Shown here: piece after piece, positions 8,061 through 15,320 of the stretch
Layout of the letters: every line of letters starts with the position of its first letter
How positions within the stretch are numbered: position 1 is the first letter of the stretch
Program-made: the position numbers and the translations under genes
DNA from: a candidate division WOR-3 bacterium
GTDB lineage: Bacteria > Hydrothermota > Tepidihabitantia > Tepidihabitantales > JAOUPE01
DNA length: 46,243 bases
Direction of reading: 5' to 3'
Assembly (NCBI GenBank): GCA_039801565.1
Contig: JBDRUX010000006.1
Span: 1-46,243 of the forward strand
The notes under the pieces: generated by a model
What the model was told of the DNA's origin: nothing
What the model saw: only the letters and a program-made list of their open reading frames with translations
Database searches by the model: none

Positions 8061-9314
8061 ATGAGAAATGATTTATTGCTATTGAGTATCTTAATCTTGA
8101 TGGTGAGTTGTCAGCCGAAATCGAAAAAAGTTGAAATAACTTTCTGGCATGCGATGGGTGGTAATGTTGAAAAGGTATTGAAATCAATGGTGGCGGATTT
8201 TGAATCAACCCATAAGAATATCCGTGTCAAATTGGTTGGTATGGCGGATTATAACACCTTAGCCCAAAAATTGATGAGCGCCGCGGCAGTTAATTCGCCA
8301 CCAACTATTGCCCAGATGTATGAGAATTGGACAACCCAACTACTCAAAAATAATTACTTAGAACCATTAGAAGATTATGTCAAAGGACCAAAAGGCTTAA
8401 CCCAAGCCGAACTCGATGATATCTGGCCGGTCTTAATTCAAAATAATACTTGGGATGGCAAGATTATCACTTTGCCCTTTAATAAAAGTGTGCCGGTTTA
8501 TTATTATAATACCGAAATTTTTGCCCAAGCCGGTATCAAAGAGTTTCCCAAGACCTGGCAGGAATTTCGAGAGGTTTGCCTTAAATTAAGAAATTTAAAA
8601 GATAAAGATGGCAATCCGATTATTCCAACTGGTAACGGAACAGATATTTGGGTATTTGCTTCAATGTTATATCAAAAAGGTGGTAAACTTTTTGATGAAG
8701 ATAGGGGAGAGCCTCTTTTCAATAGTCCGCAAGCCATCCAAGTTCTCCAATTCCAACTCGATTTAATCTATAAAGATAAGGTTCAAACCAGTCGGACCGG
8801 TAACGATTTGCTTGATGAATTTCTGGCAGGTAGATTGGTTATGACACCATTCAGTTGTGCCCGTCGGGCGATAATGAAAGGAGTCGAGAGTTTTACAATT
8901 GGAATGGCGCCACTACCAATTTGGGATAAACCAGCCTCAATCATCTATGGTACAAATATTGGAATGTTTAAGGCTGCGTCGCCGACTCAAAAAGATGCCG
9001 CTTGGGAGTTCATCAAATGGTTCATAAGTCCAGAAAATCAGATTCGCTGGTCATTAGGAACTTATTATGTGCCGATTCAAAAGAGTGCGCTGGCTGACCC
9101 AAGATTGCGGGAGCAGATTGATAAGACACCAGGCTTAAGTGAAGCCTATCGCCAACTGGAATTTGCGGTCTTTGAGCCAAGAGGAGAACCTTGGTTTGAA
9201 GGTCGCAAGATTTTGATTGAAGACGGCTTAGAACCAGCAACCTTAGGCAAGATGTCAGCCCAAGAAGCCTTAGATTTTGCCGCTAATAAGTTAAAACAAA
9301 GGGCAAAAAAGTGA
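8061..9314 (+). CDS. ABC transporter substrate-binding lipoprotein (UgpB/sugar family 1)
   Basis: Lipobox MVSC; ITFWHAM, LPFNKS.PV.YYN, PKTWQE, AAWEFIKW motifs; the ORF-track start is the -35 TTG, so the real start is likely 8061. Confidence 0.9.
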   Translation: MRNDLLLLSILILMVSCQPKSKKVEITFWHAMGGNVEKVLKSMVADFESTHKNIRVKLVGMADYNTLAQKLMSAAAVNSPPTIAQMYENWTTQLLKNNYLEPLEDYVKGPKGLTQAELDDIWPVLIQNNTWDGKIITLPFNKSVPVYYYNTEIFAQAGIKEFPKTWQEFREVCLKLRNLKDKDGNPIIPTGNGTDIWVFASMLYQKGGKLFDEDRGEPLFNSPQAIQVLQFQLDLIYKDKVQTSRTGNDLLDEFLAGRLVMTPFSCARRAIMKGVESFTIGMAPLPIWDKPASIIYGTNIGMFKAASPTQKDAAWEFIKWFISPENQIRWSLGTYYVPIQKSALADPRLREQIDKTPGLSEAYRQLEFAVFEPRGEPWFEGRKILIEDGLEPATLGKMSAQEALDFAANKLKQRAKK

Positions 9315-9323
9315 TATATACGA

Positions 9324-9680
9324 TTGAGTAAAAAATTTAGATGCGATTCTTATTGTTGTATCTACTGCGGTGCTTACGACACCTTAGAGCTAAAATGCTT
9401 TGGCTGTAAGACCAAAACCAATGCGATATTCTGCGTTAAGTGTAAGATGAAACATTGTGCCGAAAAGAAAAAGTTGAATTCTGCTTTTAGGGGAAAGAAT
9501 TCCTTGTTCAAGACTGATTGCCTTTAGAAACGATAAAAGCCCACACCATTCAATTGTGTTAAGAAATCTAAGATTGATTTTGTCAAAATGGTTAAAAGAA
9601 CAGACTGCACGCTGGCGTTGTCAAATTTGTGACAATTAAATTCTCTCGGTATGACCGGGTACTGTTTCTCAGAAATGATA
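9324..9680 (+). pseudogene. DUF3795-like Cys-rich protein, frameshifted
   Basis: YCCIYCGA..CFGCK..C.KC.MKHCA, then in another frame IPCSRLIAFRNDKSPHHSIVLRNL..KWLKEQTARWRCQICDN*. Confidence 0.65.
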
Positions 9681-9719
9681 ATTTTTGGCTTTTGATTTCC
9701 GAAAATTCAACTTCGGCTT

Positions 9720-10212
9720 ACCCGTTTACCACCTTACTCCAAGCGCAATAATGCCATTCTGCTTGGGACAATACGAATGAATCCGTTTATGCCCAATCCC
9801 ACGACTGGCAAGATACCTTTTAATTCACGACTATTAAATACCAATCCATCCAAACCCAATCCGGCTCCTTCGTTCTTTTCTTAAACGGTCTTCTCGCCTC
9901 CTCTTCATCTAATAACCCTAACCGACAAGAAACTAACCCTTATCTTTTAATACCCGATAAATAGAAGAAGGTGCAGCAAAACCACCCCTTCATCAATCAT
10001 CCGATAAACCAATTCACGACGGCACGGATTAGGATAAGTTAAGGCATAATCTAAAATTAGCATTCGTTCTTTAGGAAGTAACTGATAGAAGTTACCTGGG
10101 AGTTTGGTTATAACCGGATTGGCTTGTGGTCTCATTTTAAACTTTTTGACTTGGTAGAAGGCGCTTGGAGTAATTATCTAAATTTTTAAGAATATCAGTG
10201 GTTATTAAACCA
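9720..10212 (-). mobile_element. Degenerate IS3/IS481-like DDE transposase remnant
   Basis: Pieces across frames: ITPSAFYQ..LLPKERMLILDYALTYP..RELVYRMIDEG/APSSIYRVLK; EPDWVW; LGI..CPKQNGII (integrase-core PxQNG motif); multiple stops and frameshifts. Confidence 0.6.
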
Positions 10213-10214
10213 CT

Positions 10215-10272
10215 TGGCTTGCTTCCTTAACCTTTTAAGTTTTTTGCCATCGCTTCGGTAAAAAAACAACAT
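10215..10272 (-). pseudogene. 5' fragment of XRE-family HTH gene (module copy 1)
   Basis: ATG at 10272; with homopolymer frameshifts reads MLFFTEAMAKKLKRLRKQA, homologous to the fragment at 22905-23046, then joins the IS remnant. Confidence 0.55.
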
Positions 10273-10339
10273 CACAAAAGGTTAGTTAAAACTAACACAA
10301 AAATTAAGCCAAAATTTCTTTTAACTATATGATATTTAA
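10261..10339. promoter_or_regulatory. Conserved leader of the 12-mer module, copy 1: palindrome GTTAGTT-AA-AACTAAC (10281-10296), minus-strand -10 TAACCT, IHF-like TAACTATATGATA (10322-10334)
   Basis: 73/79 nt identical to 23035-23113. Confidence 0.7.
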
Positions 10340-10378
10340 GGATATTATATATAATTTGTCTTTGGGTGGGGGTATGGT

Positions 10379-10594
10379 ATAAGGGGTAATCCCGTAGCTT
10401 GCCCCCTAAGTTGCCCCGTAGGTTGCTTGGAGAGTTGCTTAGGAGGTTGGTTGAGGAACTGATTGGTAAGCAGGTTGAAGAGTGGGTTCGGGGGTAACTT
10501 CGGAAGCGGCTCCGTAGGCAACTTGAGGAGCAATCTTGTAGGCAGCCCGGTAGGTAGTTCCCTAGGTCGCTTGGGGAGATAGTTCCTAATACTG
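10379..10594. repeat. G-rich degenerate 12-bp tandem array, 18 units, copy 1 (consensus ~YYNGDRRGYWRS)
   Basis: Units e.g. CCCGTAGGTTGC, TTGGAGAGTTGC, TTCGGGGGTAAC, TCCGTAGGCAAC; colinear and ungapped with 23152-23367. Confidence 0.9.
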
Positions 10595-10934
10595 CTTGAC
10601 CTATGCGAACCTCTTATTTTCATCGCTAATTTAAGCATAACTTTTTTAGATAAAAGTAAAAGAGTCGAATTGACCGCAAAATCTATTTCTAATCAAAAGC
10701 ATCTCGGCCGTTTAATCATTTATCGGCTAAATGTAAAGTTGACCATTTCCTAAAAATTAAAGGCTATTCGAGAGACATACTATACCGTTCCTAGGCAAAA
10801 TTTAATATAAGATTGATTATAGATAAAAATCAAGTCATTTAGACTAAAATATATTTCAATTTTTTCGGGCAAAACTTGTCCCGACGAATTGAAAACTCTT
10901 ATGCTTTTGTAATATTTTTAGCCAGCAACCTAAG

Positions 10935-12644
10935 TTATAAAATCTGGTGGAGTAATGAACCAACAATTAAGGCTGTGCCTAACATCAAGCCAGTTGATTT
11001 TATGGTATCTTTGATGCCAAGTTCTTTGAGTAATATCGCAAAAGTAGCAATACATGGAAAAAACATTGCCAAGACGGTGCTGGCTACCACTAATTGTTTG
11101 GTAGTGAGGTTTAGCGGTCCTAATAGCGCTACCGCAACATCCTTGCGCAAAAAACCAATTAAAATAGCAACTACTGCTTCTTTTGGTAATCCGAAGAGTC
11201 TTGTTATAAATGGTGCAGTTAGTTTGGTAACAAAATCAAACGCCTTGAAGCTATATAGTAAATTAACCAGGAAAACACCAGCCAGAACAATCGGTGCGGC
11301 TTCAATCAAAAACCCAGATACCCTAATCCATAATTTCTTAATCAAAAAACTTAATCTTGGTAACCGGTAAGGCGGTATCTCAATCATCAATTCGGCACTG
11401 AAACCTTTAACTAAGAAATTCATTAAAAAGCCCAAGGTTAACCAGACCAAGAATAATGTGACATAAATAATGCCAACATAATTGCTACCCCTTGAGCCAA
11501 CTAAACCGATAATCATTGCCTGTAAGGAAGCGCACGGGACGGCAATTGAGATTAGGGTCGCGGCAATAAATCGTTCACGTCGGGTCTCTAAGATGCGGGT
11601 CGCCAATATGCCAGGAACATTACAGCTCAATCCTAAAAACATTGGGATTATCGAATAACCGTGAAGCCCAATTCGATGCAATAGCATATCAGCCTGAACC
11701 GCTAACCGCGGTAAGTAACCAATATCTTCAAGGATACTAAGAATAAGATAGAAAGAGAGTAAATAGGGTAATACCATCCCGAATTCGACATAAATTCCAG
11801 TCGAAAGTACACCCATTGATTGAATAAAGTCAATTTTATTATCAATCAGTTGACCGATGAGAATATTGTGAAAAATACTACCCGGCTTTAATAATAATGA
11901 GAGGTTTGTCAATAGCGGATGATAAAGGTTATTAAAAAATGGGTCGAGGAGATAGCTAATTAGTGCTTCGCTAACCAATCGAACCAGCCGAAAGACCAGA
12001 TACATTATACCAACACCGATGAAAAATCCCAAGACCGGATGAACGGATGCTTCGTTTAATCGATCCCAGAAGGTATGATGGCGATGGGTAATCGTTTGAA
12101 CTTGCTGTGTTATCCAACCAACTTCTTGCCAAAGGTCTTTTGACTCTTTTTTATCACGACTGGGGATTTTCGCCTCTTTAATTCGAGAAAGTAAGATATC
12201 TATTCCTTCGCCTGATATGGCAGTGGTTGGAACAACCGGTACATTCAAGATTGCTTCTAATTTCTTAACATCAATCTTTATGCCACGATGCTGCGTCTCG
12301 TCCCAAAAGTTTAGGGCAACAACCATTGGCTTTTTCTGTGCCAAAAGTTGTAAGGTGAGATAGAGATGGCGCTCTAAATTAGTCGCATCAACAACATTGA
12401 TGATTAAATCACCCGCCGCTAACATTGCACAAGCAACCTCTTCGGCTTTACAAGTCGGCTCTAAGGTGTATGACCCAGGTACGTCAATTACACAGACTTT
12501 CTCATCACCCAATTTCATATAGCCTTTTGTAAAACCAACGGTTGTTCCTGGATAGTTAGATGCAATAACTTTTACCCCAGTAAGTCGTGAGAAGAGAACA
12601 CTCTTGCCGACATTCGGGTTGCCAACCAGAAGGATCGTTTTCAT
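10935..12644 (-). CDS. feoB: Ferrous iron transporter FeoB
   Basis: GNPNVGKS, NYPGTTV, DVPGSY GTPase motifs plus LEDIGYLPR / SCNVPG gate membrane domain. Confidence 0.95.
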   Translation of the reverse strand: MKTILLVGNPNVGKSVLFSRLTGVKVIASNYPGTTVGFTKGYMKLGDEKVCVIDVPGSYTLEPTCKAEEVACAMLAAGDLIINVVDATNLERHLYLTLQLLAQKKPMVVALNFWDETQHRGIKIDVKKLEAILNVPVVPTTAISGEGIDILLSRIKEAKIPSRDKKESKDLWQEVGWITQQVQTITHRHHTFWDRLNEASVHPVLGFFIGVGIMYLVFRLVRLVSEALISYLLDPFFNNLYHPLLTNLSLLLKPGSIFHNILIGQLIDNKIDFIQSMGVLSTGIYVEFGMVLPYLLSFYLILSILEDIGYLPRLAVQADMLLHRIGLHGYSIIPMFLGLSCNVPGILATRILETRRERFIAATLISIAVPCASLQAMIIGLVGSRGSNYVGIIYVTLFLVWLTLGFLMNFLVKGFSAELMIEIPPYRLPRLSFLIKKLWIRVSGFLIEAAPIVLAGVFLVNLLYSFKAFDFVTKLTAPFITRLFGLPKEAVVAILIGFLRKDVAVALLGPLNLTTKQLVVASTVLAMFFPCIATFAILLKELGIKDTIKSTGLMLGTALIVGSLLHQIL

Positions 12645-12874
12645 TCGACCTGAACAATGATTCGACTGGCTTGACCAAAACCAATCGCAATCTCGGTATT
12701 ATCAACTTGCAATACCACTGGTCCACGTAACATCATCGCACTGATCTTAGTGATTTTTTTGCCAGGAAAAATACCCAAGGCGTTGAGTCGAGCAATTATT
12801 CCTTTGCCCCCTTGAATTTCTTTTATCGTGCCACTTTGGTTAGCTTCAAGTTTGGTCAAAGGAAGTAGTTTCAT
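12641..12874 (-). CDS. feoA: FeoA SH3-like protein
   Basis: RLNALGIFPG..GPVV..IAIG; ATGA overlap with the fur stop. Confidence 0.9.
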   Translation of the reverse strand: MKLLPLTKLEANQSGTIKEIQGGKGIIARLNALGIFPGKKITKISAMMLRGPVVLQVDNTEIAIGFGQASRIIVQVE

Positions 12875-13302
12875 AGCCGGTAGCATTTAGCACATTGTCC
12901 ATAAATGACTAAATTGTGGGCTTGGGGTTTAAATTTATTCTTTCGGGCGATTTGCAGTTGCAATTTCTCCAACCTCGGACTTTTAAATTCAATCGTCTGC
13001 CCACAAACCAGACACACCAAATGGTCATGGTGAGGGTGTTGGAATTTATGTTCAAAATGAGTTTCGCGGTTTCCAAAATTAACTTCTCGTGCCAAGCCAG
13101 ATTCGGCTAAAAGTTTTAGAGTGCGATAGACCGTACTATACCCGATTGCTGTTCCATCTTTTCGAAGTTCGTTATAAAGTTCTAAGGCACTGATATGTTT
13201 TTCGACGGCAAGAAACTTTTCAATTACCTTATTACGTCGAGTGCTATTTTTTAACTTCCTTGCCGTACAAAAGTCGGCAAAAACTTGTTGTTCATCCTTC
13301 AT
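12871..13302 (-). CDS. fur: Fur-family metal-responsive regulator
   Basis: STVYRTLKLL, HHDHLVCLVCG, C-terminal CAKC. Confidence 0.92.
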   Translation of the reverse strand: MKDEQQVFADFCTARKLKNSTRRNKVIEKFLAVEKHISALELYNELRKDGTAIGYSTVYRTLKLLAESGLAREVNFGNRETHFEHKFQHPHHDHLVCLVCGQTIEFKSPRLEKLQLQIARKNKFKPQAHNLVIYGQCAKCYRL

Positions 13303-13308
13303 AATTTA

Positions 13309-13347
13309 ATTTTACCAATTTTGAAAATGAATGTCAATTTCAAAATT
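13309..13347 (-). promoter_or_regulatory. fur-feoAB promoter (TTGACA-17-TAAAAT, 6 nt before ATG) overlapped by a Fur-box-like inverted repeat
   Basis: AATTTTGAAAATGA-ATG-TCAATTTCAAAATT (13317-13347, 1 mismatch between arms); core 13323-13341 matches GATAATGATAATCATTATC at 13/19. Confidence 0.75.
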
Positions 13348-13356
13348 AAAAAATGC

Positions 13357-13385
13357 TTGACTATTGATTAGAGTTAATTTATGCT
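13357..13385 (+). promoter_or_regulatory. nfo promoter TTGACT-17-TATGCT, 8 nt before ATG 13394
   Basis: Direct motif match. Confidence 0.65.
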
Positions 13386-13393
13386 TTGTAAAA

Positions 13394-14233
13394 ATGCGTT
13401 TTGGATTTCATATTTCGATCGGTGGTGGTCTTTCTAAAGTTGCTGAGCGCGCCCGTAAAAAGGGCTGTGAGACAATCCAACTTTTTTCCCGCAATCCGCG
13501 GGGTTGGCGTTACACGGACTTAGACGCCAAAGAAGTCGCTTTATTCAAAAAAGATATTGAGACATCAGGATTGAGCCCGGTCTTTGTTCATATGCCTTAT
13601 CTGCCTAATTTGGCTTCTGGAGAGAAAGAATTATTTCGCAAATCGGTAGCCTCGCTCATCGCTGACTTAAAGCGTTGTGAAATTTTGGCTATTCCTTATC
13701 TCATTATGCATGTTGGCAAACGAATGGCAACCGATGAGGAGAAAGCGATAGAAAACGTCGCTTTTGGTATCAACGAGGCATTTAATAAAGTGGCTAACCG
13801 GGTTAAACTGCTTTTGGAAAATACCGCTGGGATGGGGAGTGAGATTGGCTATAATTTCTCGCAACTTCGAGCGATTATTGATTTAGTGGAAGATAAAAAC
13901 CGAATTGGGGTGGTCTTAGATACTGCTCATGCCTTTGAAGCTGGTTACAATTTAGCTACCAAAGAAGGCTTAAATGCCGCTTTGAAGGAGTTTGACCAAT
14001 TGGTGGGACTAAAACGGTTACACCTTTTACATCTTAACGATTCCAAGACCGAACTCGGTTCAAGGGTTGATAGGCATTGGCACATTGGTGAAGGTAAGAT
14101 TGGGAAAGAAGGTTTCCACAATATCATCAATCACCCTTTGCTTAGGAATTTGCCGGGAATTATGGAAACACCTCGTACCAATGATAAGGAGGATTTAAAA
14201 AATATGAAGACAATTCGTAGTCTGGTTATGTAA
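13394..14233 (+). CDS. nfo: Endonuclease IV (AP endonuclease family 2)
   Basis: GFHISI, HMPYLPNLAS, LLENTAG, LDTAHAF, HLNDSK, DRHWHIG, METP. Confidence 0.95.
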   Translation: MRFGFHISIGGGLSKVAERARKKGCETIQLFSRNPRGWRYTDLDAKEVALFKKDIETSGLSPVFVHMPYLPNLASGEKELFRKSVASLIADLKRCEILAIPYLIMHVGKRMATDEEKAIENVAFGINEAFNKVANRVKLLLENTAGMGSEIGYNFSQLRAIIDLVEDKNRIGVVLDTAHAFEAGYNLATKEGLNAALKEFDQLVGLKRLHLLHLNDSKTELGSRVDRHWHIGEGKIGKEGFHNIINHPLLRNLPGIMETPRTNDKEDLKNMKTIRSLVM

Positions 14234-14293
14234 TCTTTAGGCATTTTAACGCAAATTCCGATGAGACTCGACCAAAACTACCCAAGACAAATT

Positions 14294-15289
14294 ATGCGTA
14301 TAAGTCCTCAACTACTTGCAATTATTTTATCGGTTCTCGGCTGTCGCTCAGCAGCCATAAGGTTGTCATTAACTGTTACCTTCATTGATGTTGGACATGG
14401 CGATTGTATACTAATTCAGACACCAGATGACCAAAATGACACTAATGACATTTATCAGGGATTGGTCATTTTAATTGATGGTGGTGAAGAAACGACGGGC
14501 AAAGATGTTGTTGTGCCGTTCTTGAAAAATTTGGGAATTGATACGATAGATTTTATCATTGCCACCCATGCCCATTCTGACCATATGGCGGGTCTAATTC
14601 CGGTAATTGAAGCATTTCCGGTCAAAGTGATTACCCACCCTGGTTACAAAAGAACGACAAAATTTTATCAAGACTTTGTGACAACCGCAAAACAGGAGCC
14701 GAATTGTAAGTATTATGAAAAGTTGATTCCGGAGTTAATCAAAAATTCAGGAATGGCAATAAATTGGGGTAGAGAGTTAGAAGTGACGGTCTTAAATTCT
14801 AACCCTAATGTTAGTGAAGAGACGGTCAATAATAGTTCGATTGTAATTAAAATTGCTTACGGCAAAGTCAGCTTACTATTGATGGCAGATGCCGAAGGTA
14901 AAGACCGTAAAGACCCACCAACAACAATTAAATATGTGGAGAAAGAACTAATTGATAAATTTGGCGATAAACTCAAAAGCACAATCTTGAAAGTTGGTCA
15001 TCATGGTAGTGAAACCTCAAGTACTATCCCCTTTTTGCAGAGAGTAAAACCAAGCTATGCCATTATTACCGCCGGCAACAAGAAATTCGGTAATCGAATC
15101 TTACCGGATGAATCGGTAGTTAGCCGATTAAAACAGATGGGCTGTCAAATCTTTCGAACTGATTTTGATGACCAGACCAAAGATTACAAGGCTACCGCGG
15201 GGGATGACCATATCCAAGCGGTTTTAGCCCGGGATAGTATCATTAAGATTGATTATCTTCCCCGCACTTTTGCAATTAGCAAGAGATAA
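14294..15289 (+). CDS. ComEC/Rec2-type metallo-beta-lactamase-fold hydrolase, probable lipoprotein
   Basis: FIDVGHGD, IDGG, THAHSDH, NNSSIV, LKVGHHGS, IFRTD; lipobox VLGC; start 14294 or 14261. Confidence 0.85.
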   Translation: MRISPQLLAIILSVLGCRSAAIRLSLTVTFIDVGHGDCILIQTPDDQNDTNDIYQGLVILIDGGEETTGKDVVVPFLKNLGIDTIDFIIATHAHSDHMAGLIPVIEAFPVKVITHPGYKRTTKFYQDFVTTAKQEPNCKYYEKLIPELIKNSGMAINWGRELEVTVLNSNPNVSEETVNNSSIVIKIAYGKVSLLLMADAEGKDRKDPPTTIKYVEKELIDKFGDKLKSTILKVGHHGSETSSTIPFLQRVKPSYAIITAGNKKFGNRILPDESVVSRLKQMGCQIFRTDFDDQTKDYKATAGDDHIQAVLARDSIIKIDYLPRTFAISKR

Positions 15290-15320
15290 ATGATGCTTGA
15301 TTATAATTTCTTACCGAAAA

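Noticed and set aside
10379..10594. CRISPR array or DGR template/variable repeat interpretation of the two arrays
   Set aside because: No constant repeat with unique spacers and no cas genes; inter-copy differences are not restricted to adenines on either strand; no reverse transcriptase in the window.
10345..10638. 97-aa Pro/Leu-rich ORF on the minus strand
   Set aside because: It is the translation of the 12-mer array; the same frame has several stops in copy 2.
10876..11370. Antisense ORFs in the ORF track (also 3277-3669, 25665-26180, 32132-32593, 39410-39805, 41058-41453, 45839-46213 and similar)
   Set aside because: Shadow frames opposite well-supported genes, with no independent motifs.
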